A DNA stretch of 63,241 bases, filler included, from Caldilineae bacterium (GCA_037446815.1; 3 parts of 3 records of this genome joined end to end with filler, not necessarily neighbours in it); one strand, 5' to 3'. Positions 32,655-42,761 are shown, numbered from the whole stretch's first letter. Notes: generated by a model from the sequence alone, not told the origin. Program-made: numbers and translations.

Positions 32655-33809
32655 CTACGGCTGCTCCGCCTCGCTGTCCAGCCGCTTCTTCACGCGCTGG
32701 AGCCAGTACACCGCGAGCGCGTACAGAATCGCCACGACCGGCACGCCGAACAGCAGCCCCCAGAACCCCATGAGGATCACGCCCAGCATCGTCGCCGCGA
32801 TGATGAGCAGCGTGGGCAACCCCATCGTCTCGGCCATGATGCGCGGGATGATGACATGGAGCAGCACCTGCTGGAACGCCGTCGCCGCGATAATCAACCA
32901 GAGGGCCGCGCTCGGCTGCTGGAACAATGCCACGATGCCGGGGAGAAACATGGCAATCGGCGCGCCCACCAGCGGGATGAGCATGACGATGCCGCTAATC
33001 CACGCGACCACCAGCGCCGACGGCACACGCGCAATCAGCATGGCGAACAAGGCGAACAGGCCGTAGATGACTGCCATGAGCACCTGGCCCCGCACAAACC
33101 CGCCGAAAACCCGATCCACCGTCCGCGACGCGAAGGCGAGTTCGTCCTGGAACCGCTGGGGCACCAGGCCCGACAACTCGGTCATCAGTCGGCGGCCGTC
33201 CAGCACGGTGTAGAAACTCACGGCCAGCACAAGAAGCGAGAAGGTTACGAACGACGCGATGGCGCGCGCCGCCGTGATGAGGTATTGAATCGCCTGGCCC
33301 AGCAACACCTCAGCGCGCTGGCGCAGGAGGGTCTCATCGTACAGGGATGACAGGGAGATGGCAATGTTGCGCTCGGCCAACCACCGATCCACCGACGCCA
33401 GGAAGTCGGGCGCGCCGGCGATGATGCTGGGGATGCGCGCGCTGATTTGGGTCAGTTGGCTCACCGTAAGCGGAACCAGGTACACAGCGCTCAGGATGAG
33501 AATGGCCACCAGGCCCAGGTACACAACGGCCAGCGCGACCGTTCGCCCGACCCGCAGGTCGCACAACCGGGTCGCCCGCGCCTCGCCGAAGACGCGGCAA
33601 AGCACTCGCCGCAACCAACCCGGCGCGTGCAGTTCTGCCAGCCAGCGCACCGCAGGCTCCAGCACATAGGCCACCAGCAGCCCAAGCCCGAAGATGAGAA
33701 TCACCTCGCTGACCGATGCCAGTGCTCCCCACACCTTGTCCAACAGGTACAGCGAGGCGATGATGATGACAAGAACCAGCGCGATTTTCGCCAACTTCTC
33801 TATGCTCAT
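32655..33809 (-). CDS. AI-2E family transporter
   Basis: AYVLEP, GFVRGQ, IPLVG, G..GLLFGVP and many TM segments. Confidence 0.85.
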   Translation of the reverse strand: MSIEKLAKIALVLVIIIASLYLLDKVWGALASVSEVILIFGLGLLVAYVLEPAVRWLAELHAPGWLRRVLCRVFGEARATRLCDLRVGRTVALAVVYLGLVAILILSAVYLVPLTVSQLTQISARIPSIIAGAPDFLASVDRWLAERNIAISLSSLYDETLLRQRAEVLLGQAIQYLITAARAIASFVTFSLLVLAVSFYTVLDGRRLMTELSGLVPQRFQDELAFASRTVDRVFGGFVRGQVLMAVIYGLFALFAMLIARVPSALVVAWISGIVMLIPLVGAPIAMFLPGIVALFQQPSAALWLIIAATAFQQVLLHVIIPRIMAETMGLPTLLIIAATMLGVILMGFWGLLFGVPVVAILYALAVYWLQRVKKRLDSEAEQP

Positions 33810-33956
33810 GCCGCGCCTCCGTGGCCGTTTTGCCCATTGTACACGAAGATAGGGTTACGAATCAACCTTGACGCTCGCGCATGAATGTGCTATGATGGCA
33901 ATGTCCTGAATCGGTTCGCCAAATCATCATGCTGCGAGGCAGCGGAGGAGGACGCC

Positions 33957-34745
33957 ATGTCCACAAGAAGGGTGATGCTCGTCTTGGCGGTTGTTCTCAC
34001 CCTTGTGGTGGGGCTTACGGCATGCACACGGCCCAAGCCGCCGGTGGCCGAGACCGAGACCCCCGTCTCCAGCGCCGCGGGGGTTGAGGCGCGGGCTACG
34101 GTGCCCCCGGGCACTCCGGCCGTTGTCCCCACCGGTGCAACCGTCATCGCCGTTGGGCCTACGCCCACCTACGAGATGCCCACGCTGACGCCGTCGCCTG
34201 GGGCCAGCGCCACGCCGGTCCCGACCGCTAGTCCCGCCGCGCCGACGGCCACGCCCGCCCCCACGGCGACGCCCGTCCCCGTCCAGCACGTTGTCCAATG
34301 GGGCGACACGGTGTACTCGCTGGCGCGGCGCTACGGCACGACGGTGGAAGCCATCGCGCAGGCCAACAATCTGCCGCCCAACTATCTCATCAAGGTCGGG
34401 CAGGTGCTCATCATCCCCGGCGCCCCCGTCTCCGCCGAGGTGTATGTGGTCAAGCCGGGCGACACCCTGTACAGCATCGCGTCGCGGTATGGCATCTCCT
34501 GGCAGACCCTGGCGTCGGTAAACCGCATCCTGAACCCGACCCTGCTGCAGGTGGGCCAGCGGCTCGTCATTCCGTCGGGGGGGACGACCCCACCGCCTGG
34601 CGCCAAGACTCACATCGTCAAGCCCGGCGAGACCCTGTACCGCATCGCCCTGATGTACGGCAAGTCGGTGCAGGAGATCGCCCTAGCCAACAACCTGGCC
34701 AACGTCAACATCATCTATCCCGGCCAGCAGTTGATCATCCCGTAG
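33957..34745 (+). CDS. Lipoprotein with three LysM domains
   Basis: LTAC lipobox, Pro/Thr linker, three V..GDT/ET repeats. Promoter TTGACG-17-TATGAT at 33868-33896. Confidence 0.9.
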   Translation: MSTRRVMLVLAVVLTLVVGLTACTRPKPPVAETETPVSSAAGVEARATVPPGTPAVVPTGATVIAVGPTPTYEMPTLTPSPGASATPVPTASPAAPTATPAPTATPVPVQHVVQWGDTVYSLARRYGTTVEAIAQANNLPPNYLIKVGQVLIIPGAPVSAEVYVVKPGDTLYSIASRYGISWQTLASVNRILNPTLLQVGQRLVIPSGGTTPPPGAKTHIVKPGETLYRIALMYGKSVQEIALANNLANVNIIYPGQQLIIP

Positions 34746-34749
34746 CGCC

Positions 34750-35316
34750 ATGCTAGAGCGCGTGCTCACAAGCCACCTCGTCTACGACGGGCGGTTGCTC
34801 CGCCTGCGTGTGGACGAGGTGGAATTGCCTAGCGGGCGGCGCACCACGCGCGAAGTTGTGGAGGCGCGTGGCGCTGTGGGCATCGTCGCGCTGGACGATG
34901 AGGGGCGCGTAGTCCTGGTGCGGCAGTACCGCAGGCCCGCCGAGCGCGAACTGTGGGAGATTCCCGCGGGGACGCTGGAGCGTGGGGAAGATCCCTCCGA
35001 CTGCGCCCGCAGGGAGTTGGCAGAGGAGACCGGATTCGCCGCCCGCGAGATTGTGCCGCTCGCCGGGTTCTACACTTCGCCGGGCTTCTGCGACGAGTGG
35101 ATGCACCTGTTCCTCGCCCGCGGCCTGTCCGAGGGCGACCAGGCGCAAGAATGCGACGAGTTCATCCACGTGGCGCTGGTGCCTCTGGCCCAGGCCCTCG
35201 CCATGATCCGCACCGGCGACATCTGCGACGCGAAAACCATCGTGGGGCTGCTCCTGGTGGCCGCCCGTCCGCAGGGTGAAGGCAGAGCCCTCCCTCGCCC
35301 GCCGGGAGAGGGCTAG
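34750..35316 (+). CDS. NUDIX hydrolase (ADP-ribose pyrophosphatase-like)
   Basis: GTLERGEDPSDCARRELAEETG, YTSPG, DAKT. Confidence 0.9.
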   Translation: MLERVLTSHLVYDGRLLRLRVDEVELPSGRRTTREVVEARGAVGIVALDDEGRVVLVRQYRRPAERELWEIPAGTLERGEDPSDCARRELAEETGFAAREIVPLAGFYTSPGFCDEWMHLFLARGLSEGDQAQECDEFIHVALVPLAQALAMIRTGDICDAKTIVGLLLVAARPQGEGRALPRPPGEG

Positions 35317-35369
35317 GGTGAGGGCAGAGGCAACGGCCCGCGCACACCATGACACAGGAGGCACGCACC

Positions 35370-36815
35370 ATGGCACTAAAGACCGGCAAAGAGTACATCG
35401 CCTCGGTTGAGGCCCTGGGCCTGGAGGCCCACATCCTGGGCGAAAAGGCCGATGACCTCACGCGCCACCCCCTCGTCGCGCCCTCGCTGCGGGCCGTCGC
35501 CGTAACCTACGACTGCGCCCACGACCCCGACACGCGCCCACTCTTCCGTGCCTACTCGCCCCTCATCGGCGACGAGGTCAACCGCTTCACCCACCTGCAC
35601 CAGAGCACCCAAGACCTCATGGACAAGGTGCGGATGCAGCGCCACTGCGGCAACCTGACCGCGTGCTGTTTCCAGCGGTGCGTCGGCATGGACGCGGCCA
35701 ACGCCGTCTTCAGTGTAACGTATGAGTGCGACCAGGCCCACGGCACCGACTACCACCGGCGATTCCGCGAGTACTGGAGCCACGTCCAGCGGCATGACCT
35801 GGTGGTGGACGGCGCGATGACCGACCCCAAGGGCGACCGCTCCAAGCGCCCGTCGGAACAGGCCGACCCCGACCTGTACCTGCGCGTGGTGGAGCGTCGC
35901 CGCGACGGCATCGTCGTGCGCGGGGCCAAGTTCCACCAGACCGGCATGGTCAACTCGCACGAGATCATCGTCATGCCCACGGCGGCGATGAGGCCGGGCG
36001 AGGAGGACTGGGCCGTGTGCTTCGCCGTGCCCACCAACACCCCGGGCATCCGCTACATCTACGGCCGCCAGGCCAGCGACACCCGGAAACTGGAGGGCAC
36101 GCTTGATGTGGGCAATCCGACCTTCGGCGGGCAAGAGGTGCTCACCGTCTTTGAGGATGTGTTCGTGCCCAACGAGCGCGTGTTCCTAAACGGCGAAGTA
36201 GACCAGAGCGGGAAACTGGTGGAGCGGTTCGCCGCGTACCATCGGCAGAGTTATGGCGGGTGCAAGGTCGGCGTGGGCGACGTGCTCATCGGCGCGGCGG
36301 CTCTCATCGCGCGGATGAACGGCGTGGCCGCCGCATCCCACATCCGCGACAAGATCGTGGAGATGATCCACCTCAACGAGACGCTCTTCGCCTGCGGCAT
36401 CGCGTGCTCCACGTTGGGCCATCGCACCGCCGCCGGCAACTATGAGGTGGACCTTCTGCTGGCCAACGTGTGCAAACTGAATGTAACGCGCTTCCCCTAC
36501 GAGATGGCGCGGCTGGCCACCGACATCGCGGGCGGGCTGCTGGGCACGCTGCCGTCGGCGCGCGACCTGGACGACCCCGTGGCCGGGCCGTACATCCGCA
36601 AGTACCTCGCCGCCGCCGAGGGTGTGGATGCCGTGGACCGCATCAAGGTACTGCGCCTGATTGAGAATCTGGTGGCGGGCGCGGGGGCCGTGGCCTACCT
36701 CATAGAGTCCATGCACGGCGCCGGCTCGCCCATGGCTCAACGCATCATGCTGGCCCGCCAGGGCGACGTGGACGGCAAGATCGCCCTCGCCAAGCGCCTG
36801 CTGGGCATCCGCTAG
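35370..36815 (+). CDS. abfD: 4-hydroxybutyryl-CoA dehydratase family protein
   Basis: CFQRC and HRQSYGGC Fe-S ligands, GAMTDPKGDRS, ESMHGAGSP. Confidence 0.82.
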   Translation: MALKTGKEYIASVEALGLEAHILGEKADDLTRHPLVAPSLRAVAVTYDCAHDPDTRPLFRAYSPLIGDEVNRFTHLHQSTQDLMDKVRMQRHCGNLTACCFQRCVGMDAANAVFSVTYECDQAHGTDYHRRFREYWSHVQRHDLVVDGAMTDPKGDRSKRPSEQADPDLYLRVVERRRDGIVVRGAKFHQTGMVNSHEIIVMPTAAMRPGEEDWAVCFAVPTNTPGIRYIYGRQASDTRKLEGTLDVGNPTFGGQEVLTVFEDVFVPNERVFLNGEVDQSGKLVERFAAYHRQSYGGCKVGVGDVLIGAAALIARMNGVAAASHIRDKIVEMIHLNETLFACGIACSTLGHRTAAGNYEVDLLLANVCKLNVTRFPYEMARLATDIAGGLLGTLPSARDLDDPVAGPYIRKYLAAAEGVDAVDRIKVLRLIENLVAGAGAVAYLIESMHGAGSPMAQRIMLARQGDVDGKIALAKRLLGIR

Positions 36816-37103
36816 CGCGTCAGCACGACAGGGCATCGCACCCCGGAGCCGAGGGAGCGCGACTCGGTTCGCCGATTCGGTTCCAAAGTCTCTTGGTAAA
36901 CGTCATGGCGAGAGCGCGGGCGACGCCCTCACACCAGCCCTCGCCCAGTGCGCGAGGGGGCGACGCCCACATCCCAATCCTGTTCGCGTGGATTCGCGTT
37001 ATTCGCGGTTACAAGAACCGTCATTCTGAGGCGCGAAGCGCCGAAGAATCTCGCGGCCCTATTCGGGCAGAGTCGTTTTCTTGGCGGCTACCAACGCGGC
37101 CTG

Positions 37104-37880
37104 CTAATACTCCGTGATCTCCCCGCCCGATATGGGCCGCGCGCCGCCGCCCAGGTCCAGCGGGTGGTCCATCCCCGCCTCTATGTCCCCGCTGATGCTG
37201 TACGGCCCCGCGAATGACCAGTATCCCGGCCCGTTCTGATCCTGGAACGTGAGGGTGTGTACTGCCTTCGCCCCCTTGTACCCATACTTGGAGGGCAAAA
37301 TCATCCGCAGGGGCGAGCCGTACTCGTCGGGCAAGAGTTCGTCGTTCATCTTGAGGACGAACAGCACCCGGGGCGCGCGCAGTTCCTCTATGGAAACCAC
37401 TTCCCAGTACTCGTCGGCGCAATCAAAGCGAACGTGTGTCGCCGTCGGCAGAGGCTTGACCAGGGCCGCGAGCGTGTCGTAGGTGAACCCCTCCCATTTC
37501 GCCTTGGCCGACCAGCACTCCACGCATTTCATGCGGGACACCTGCGCCACGGTGGGCCAGCCGAGGACCGTGGCGTAGTCAAACTCGCTCGGATTCTCCA
37601 CCATCCCCTGCACGCGCAATCGCCATGCGTTGCGGTCCGGCGCGGGGAAGGCGCGGTAGTACCGGATGAAGAACCCCGGGCGGTTCTCGTTGCCCAGCAG
37701 TTTGGGGCCGGGGGCGGGCGTCGCGGTCGGCGGCGCGGGCGTGGGCGAGGGTGCCGGCGCACCGGCCGAGGGCGTTGCCACGGGGGGCGGCGTTACCTCC
37801 ACGCGGATGCCGAGGCATGCCCGCAACAGCGAGGCCGCGCCTGCGATGAGGGTCGCGCGCACGAATTGGCGTCGGTTCAC
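37104..37880 (-). CDS. Tat-exported molybdopterin-dependent oxidoreductase (sulfite oxidase/MsrP-like)
   Basis: RRQF twin-arginine signal, CVECWS..W.G, YGSPLR..P.KYGYKGAK. Confidence 0.85.
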   Translation of the reverse strand: MNRRQFVRATLIAGAASLLRACLGIRVEVTPPPVATPSAGAPAPSPTPAPPTATPAPGPKLLGNENRPGFFIRYYRAFPAPDRNAWRLRVQGMVENPSEFDYATVLGWPTVAQVSRMKCVECWSAKAKWEGFTYDTLAALVKPLPTATHVRFDCADEYWEVVSIEELRAPRVLFVLKMNDELLPDEYGSPLRMILPSKYGYKGAKAVHTLTFQDQNGPGYWSFAGPYSISGDIEAGMDHPLDLGGGARPISGGEITEY

Positions 37881-37911
37881 GGTCTACCTCCGCATGGGAG
37901 AGGCGCACACA

Positions 37912-39045
37912 TCAGCGGGGCTTGCCGCCCAGCGCCTCGGCCACCTCTTCCAACTGCTTGATAATCGGGATGTGCTGCGGGCACTTGGGTTCGCACTCGC
38001 CGCACTGGACGCACGCCTCGGCCTTGAGGCCCTTGATCCAGTGCCCGGGGCGGCCCAGTTGGGCATACGCCTGCCGCGCGTACTCGGCCAACCCGTACAC
38101 GCGGTAGTAGTTCATGTACTTGAAGTTCTCGGGGATGTTCACGTCGTTGGGGCAGGGCATGCAGTAGCCGCAGCCGGTGCAGTAGAGGTCGGCCAGCGCG
38201 CGCATTTGGTCCATGGCGCGGGCGATGGCCTGGCGCTCGTCCGCGCTCAATGGCTCCTCGCGGGACGCGGTGGCGGCGTTCTCCTCCACCATCTGGATGG
38301 TGCTCATGCCCGACAGGGCCACGTGGACGCCCGGATGCGACAGGACGAACCGCAGGGCCAGTTCGGGGCTTCCCGAAACGCCCGCCGGCAGGAGTTTGCG
38401 AATCTCCGACGAGGTCTCGGCCAGGCGCCCGCCGCCCACCGGGCCCATGATGACCACGCCCATGCCACGCGCTGCCGCACGGGCGATGGCGGCTTCGTTG
38501 GCGCGGTCCAGCAGATTGTACTGCACGGTCATGCTCTCAAAGTAACCCGTGTCTATGAACTGCTCCAGTACTTCGGGCGCGTCGTGGAAGGAGAAACTGA
38601 TGTGGCGGATGAGGCCCTCCTCTTTGGCCCTGCGAGCCTCATCCAGACGGCCTCCGGGCTTGGCGACGGCGGCCTCGTACTTGGTCTTGTTCATGCCCCA
38701 CATGTGGTAAAAGTCAATGTACTCCACATCCAGTTTTCGCAGCGACTTCTCCAGCCACGCGCGCAACTCGCCGGGGTCGGGATTGTCCAGCGGGTTCTTG
38801 CTGGAGATATACACGCGGTCGCGCCAGCCCTTGATGGCTTTGCCCAGCACGATCTCGCTTTCGCCCTTGCAGTAGTGCGGGGCCGTGTCCAGGTAATTGA
38901 TGCCGAGTTCCAGCGCGCGCCGAATGACCAGTATGGCGCGGTCCTCGTCCACGTGTTCGCCATCGGGGGTCATGGGCAGGCGCATCGCGCCAAACCCGAG
39001 GGCGCTGACGGTGGCGCCGGTATTGCCGAACGGACGGTATCGCAT
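37912..39045 (-). CDS. Aldo/keto reductase with a C-terminal 4Fe-4S dicluster
   Basis: LGFGAMRLP, DTAPHY, CTGCGYCMPCP, CVQCGECEPKCP. Confidence 0.92.
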   Translation of the reverse strand: MRYRPFGNTGATVSALGFGAMRLPMTPDGEHVDEDRAILVIRRALELGINYLDTAPHYCKGESEIVLGKAIKGWRDRVYISSKNPLDNPDPGELRAWLEKSLRKLDVEYIDFYHMWGMNKTKYEAAVAKPGGRLDEARRAKEEGLIRHISFSFHDAPEVLEQFIDTGYFESMTVQYNLLDRANEAAIARAAARGMGVVIMGPVGGGRLAETSSEIRKLLPAGVSGSPELALRFVLSHPGVHVALSGMSTIQMVEENAATASREEPLSADERQAIARAMDQMRALADLYCTGCGYCMPCPNDVNIPENFKYMNYYRVYGLAEYARQAYAQLGRPGHWIKGLKAEACVQCGECEPKCPQHIPIIKQLEEVAEALGGKPR

Positions 39046-39083
39046 GAGGTTCCTCCTCTGGGGTGTCTGCGCGGATGATGAGG

Positions 39084-40109
39084 TCAGTCTTCCTTCAGTT
39101 TCTGGGTGAGCGCGGCCAGTTCCTGGAGTTTGCGCCAGGCTGCGCGGGAGTCAACGGCGGCCTCGGCCTGCTGGATGCCCTCGCGCAGGTCCATGGCGAC
39201 GCCGGCGGCAACAAGCGCCACCGCCGCGTTGAGCACGACGATGTCCCGCCGCGCGCCGCGCTCGCCCGACAGAATCGCCTGGGTGATGGCCACGTTGTCG
39301 TCCACGCTGCCCCCTGCCAGTTCGTGCAGGGCAGCGCGCGGCAGGTCAAACTCCAGCGAGTCCAGCGCGTAGGTGGTGATGGTGCCGCCCTCCAGACGGC
39401 TGACCTTGTTGACGCCCGTGGTGGAGAACTCGTCCATGCCATCCGCGCCGTACACGACGTAGGCCGATGCCGCGCCCAGCACGCGCAGGACGCCTGCCAG
39501 GAGTTCGGTGAGAGCCCCCGCATACACGCCCAGCACGCGCGCTTCGGCTCCGGCGGGATTGGTGAGCGGCGCGAGGATGTCAAAGATGGTCTGGATGCCC
39601 AGGTCCCGGCGGGCCTCGGCCACGTACTTCAGCGACGGGTGGAGGCGCGGCGCGTACAGGAAACCGATGCCGACCTCGTCAATGCACTGGGCGATCTGCT
39701 CGGGGTCCAGCGACAGATATATGCCGAGGCGTTCCAGCAAATCAGCGCTGCTGCACCGGCTGGATACGGAGCGGTCCACGTGCTTGGCGACGGCGGCGCC
39801 TGCCCCCGCCGCGACGAACGCGGCCGTGGTGGAGATGTTGAACGTGCGGGCGTAGTCGCCGCCGGTGCCGCTGATGTCCACCAGGTCGCGGCGCTGGGTC
39901 CGCACGGGCACGACCTTGGCGCGCATGGCCCTGGCGAAGCCGGTCATCTCGGCGATGGTCTCGCCCTTCATGCGCAGGGCGACGAGAAAGGCGGCGGTCT
40001 GGGCGGGGGTGGTGTCGCCTTCCAGCACCTGGGTCAGGGCCTGCTCGGCTTCCCGCTCGTCCAGGGCTTGCCGATGGACAAGGCGGGAGATGACTTCGCT
40101 GAAGTTCAT
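39084..40109 (-). CDS. trpD: Anthranilate phosphoribosyltransferase-like protein (divergent)
   Basis: GTGGD, TFNISTT and DGMDE retained. KHGNR is changed to KHVDR and RTIFN.LGP to QTIFDILAP. Confidence 0.75.
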   Translation of the reverse strand: MNFSEVISRLVHRQALDEREAEQALTQVLEGDTTPAQTAAFLVALRMKGETIAEMTGFARAMRAKVVPVRTQRRDLVDISGTGGDYARTFNISTTAAFVAAGAGAAVAKHVDRSVSSRCSSADLLERLGIYLSLDPEQIAQCIDEVGIGFLYAPRLHPSLKYVAEARRDLGIQTIFDILAPLTNPAGAEARVLGVYAGALTELLAGVLRVLGAASAYVVYGADGMDEFSTTGVNKVSRLEGGTITTYALDSLEFDLPRAALHELAGGSVDDNVAITQAILSGERGARRDIVVLNAAVALVAAGVAMDLREGIQQAEAAVDSRAAWRKLQELAALTQKLKED

Positions 40110-40142
40110 GGCATTCCTCGCACACGGATGAATCCTGCCGGA

Positions 40143-40207
40143 AGTGTAGCACAAGGCGAGGGCGGCGTCAAAGCGCCGGTTGCAAAACGGCGGCAGTGTG
40201 ATATTAT
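40143..40207. promoter_or_regulatory. Divergent promoters for trpD and the acnX operon
   Basis: Minus strand TTGACG (40171-40166)-17-TACACT. Plus strand TTGCAA (40180)-16-TATTAT with an extended TG. Confidence 0.55.
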
Positions 40208-40250
40208 GGGGCCGCAACAGACGCCTGCGGGAATCGGAGCGACGGTCGGC

Positions 40251-41486
40251 ATGTACCTGACACGACAGGAGAAACAAATGCTGGCGGGCAAGGAAGGCCC
40301 AGCCGTGCAGAAGGCGATGGAAATCGTTACCGCGCTGGGGAAAATCTACGGCGCGGCGGATTTGGCGCCGGTGGAAAGCGTCCAGGTGGCGGGCGTCAGT
40401 TACAAGAATCTGGGCGAGGCGGGGCTTCTGTTCCTGCAGGAGTGGGCGCGGGAAGGGGCGCGGGTACGCGTTCCCACCATGCTCAACCCGGCGGGCGTGG
40501 ACCTGGAGCAGTGGCAGGCGCTGGGGCTGCCGGAGGAGTTCGCGCGGCAGCAGATGGCCGTGCTGGACGCCTACGCGCAGATGGGGATTGAGATGACCTG
40601 CACTTGCACGCCGTACCTCATCGGCAAGGTGCCCGGCCTGGGGTCGCACCTGGCGTGGAGCGAATCGTCGGCGGTGGCGTTCGCCAACTCGGTGCTGGGG
40701 GCGCGCACGAACCGCGAAGGAGGGCCTAGCGCGCTGGCAGCGGCCATCTGCGGGCGGACGGCGCGCTACGGGCTGCACCTCACCGAGAACCGCCGCGCCA
40801 CGCACATCGTCCGCGTGAACTGCCCGGTGCGCACCGAGGTGGATTTCGGCGTGTTGGGGTACGAGGTGGGGCGGCGCGTCGGCAAGGGCATTCCCTACTT
40901 CGTCGCCGACAACGCGCTCTGGAGCGCGGAAGGTATCAGCGCGGCTCTGCACTTGCGGGCGCTGGCGGCTGCCATGGCGGCGGGGGGCGCTGTGGCGCTG
41001 TTCCACGTGCAGGGGATGACGCCGGAATCGGAACTGGACGAGATTGTCCGCCCCGACGCCCAGGAGGTAGTCATCCCCTCGCTGGATGAGGGATACGCTC
41101 GCTTGAGCAGCCCTCTCAAGAGCATTGACTTCGTGAGCATCGGCTGTCCCCACGCGTCGCTGGAGGAATTGCGGGACGCGGCGCGGTTCCTGGCGGGCCG
41201 GCGGGTGCGCAGCCTGTTGTGGATCACGACGGCCCGCGAGACGCGCCGTCGGGCCGAGGCCGCCGGTTGGGTGCAGACGATTGAGCATGCGGGCGGCCAC
41301 GTGGTGAGCGACACCTGCCTGGTGGTGGCCCCCGTGGAGGCGCTGGGCGTGAAGACCATGGCGACCAACTCGGCCAAGGCGGCATTCTACGCGCCGTCGC
41401 ATTCGGGGTTGCAGGTGCGCCTGGGCACACTGGGCGAGTGCCTGGACGCGGCGGTGCGCGGATACTGGGCGCCGCGGAGGAGGTAG
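40251..41486 (+). CDS. Aconitase X catalytic subunit (probable phosphomevalonate dehydratase large subunit)
   Basis: TCTCTPY, WSESSAV, GARTNREGGPSAL, GCPH, DTC. In an operon with the swivel subunit and IPK. Confidence 0.85.
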   Translation: MYLTRQEKQMLAGKEGPAVQKAMEIVTALGKIYGAADLAPVESVQVAGVSYKNLGEAGLLFLQEWAREGARVRVPTMLNPAGVDLEQWQALGLPEEFARQQMAVLDAYAQMGIEMTCTCTPYLIGKVPGLGSHLAWSESSAVAFANSVLGARTNREGGPSALAAAICGRTARYGLHLTENRRATHIVRVNCPVRTEVDFGVLGYEVGRRVGKGIPYFVADNALWSAEGISAALHLRALAAAMAAGGAVALFHVQGMTPESELDEIVRPDAQEVVIPSLDEGYARLSSPLKSIDFVSIGCPHASLEELRDAARFLAGRRVRSLLWITTARETRRRAEAAGWVQTIEHAGGHVVSDTCLVVAPVEALGVKTMATNSAKAAFYAPSHSGLQVRLGTLGECLDAAVRGYWAPRRR

Positions 41487-41488
41487 GC

Positions 41489-41911
41489 GTGCTGAAACTG
41501 CGCGGGCGCGTCATCAAGGCAGGCACGGCCCACGGCGAGGCGCTCGTTTCGCCCGAACCCATCGGCTTCCTCGGCGGCGTGGATCCGGATACGGGGGTTG
41601 TGGTGGAGGCGGGACATCCGCTGCGCGGCCAATCGGTGGCGGGCAAGATTCTCGTCTTTCCCACGGGCAAGGGGAGCACGGTGGGCTCCTACGTGCTGTA
41701 TCGCCTAGCATATAAGGGGCTAGCCCCCGCGGGGATTATCAACGCCAGCAGCGAGGCCATCGTGGCGGTCGGGGCGATCATCGCCAATATCCCCATGGTG
41801 GATGAAATAGACATCACGCAGATACGCACGGGCGACGAGGTTGCTATTGAGGGCGGATGGGTTACCGTGCGCCGGGTCGCCCGCGCGGATAAGGACTCAG
41901 GAGCAGGATGA
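41489..41911 (+). CDS. Aconitase X swivel subunit (DUF126, probable phosphomevalonate dehydratase small subunit)
   Basis: IGFLGGVDP.TG, FPTGKGSTVGSY, AIVAVGAI. Confidence 0.88.
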   Translation: MLKLRGRVIKAGTAHGEALVSPEPIGFLGGVDPDTGVVVEAGHPLRGQSVAGKILVFPTGKGSTVGSYVLYRLAYKGLAPAGIINASSEAIVAVGAIIANIPMVDEIDITQIRTGDEVAIEGGWVTVRRVARADKDSGAG

Positions 41912-42726
41912 ACCCGACAGGCGAGACCATCTTCGTGAAACTCGGCGGTTCGCTCATCACCGACAAGACGCGGGAGGCCACGCCGCGCCTGGACGTCATC
42001 CGCCGCCTGGCGGGGGAGGTGCGGGGCGCGCTGGACGCGTCTCCCGACCTGCGGCTCGTGCTGGGCCACGGGAGCGGGTCCTTTGGCCACTTTGCCGCGC
42101 GGCGCTACGGGGTGCACACGGGGCTGGCGGGGCAATCGGATTGGCGCGGCCTGGCCGAGACCAGCGCGGCGGCGGCCCGCCTGAACCGCCTCGTTGTGGA
42201 TGCCTGCCTGGAGGCGGGTGTGCCGGTCATCTCGTTCCAACCGTCGGCCTCGGCGCGAAAGCGGGCGGGCGTCGTAGCCGATCTGGCCACGGGGCCGGTG
42301 CAAGCCGCCCTCGCCCACGGTCTGGTGCCGCTGGTGTACGGCGACGTGGCCTTTGACGATGACCAGGGGACCGCCATCATCTCCACCGAGGACATCTTCC
42401 TGTACCTGGCGCGGCGCATCCCGCCGTCGCGCATCCTCATGGTGGGCATTGTGGACGGCGTGTACGAGGCCGACCCGATTCGCCATCCGGGCAGCCGTCG
42501 CATTCCGGTCATCACGCCCGCGACGCTGGCACAGGGGGGCGCCGCACTCGGCGGGTCCCACGGCGCGGACGTTACGGGCGGGATGCTGGCCAAAGTGCGG
42601 GCGCTGGCGACCCTGGTGGCGGAGCAGCCGAACGTGCGGGTGCACTTCTTCTCGGGCGAGGTTGCGGGGCGCCTGCGGGCCGCGCTCCTGGGCGACGAGA
42701 CGTTTGGCACCGTCCTGCGGGCGTAG
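41908..42726 (+). CDS. Isopentenyl phosphate kinase
   Basis: KLGGSLITDK, HGSGSFGH (IPK signature His), GDV, DVTGGM. Confidence 0.85.
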   Translation: MNPTGETIFVKLGGSLITDKTREATPRLDVIRRLAGEVRGALDASPDLRLVLGHGSGSFGHFAARRYGVHTGLAGQSDWRGLAETSAAAARLNRLVVDACLEAGVPVISFQPSASARKRAGVVADLATGPVQAALAHGLVPLVYGDVAFDDDQGTAIISTEDIFLYLARRIPPSRILMVGIVDGVYEADPIRHPGSRRIPVITPATLAQGGAALGGSHGADVTGGMLAKVRALATLVAEQPNVRVHFFSGEVAGRLRAALLGDETFGTVLRA

Positions 42727-42761
42727 GGTGCTCGCGGTTCACCGCGTGATGGTTCTTGTAG

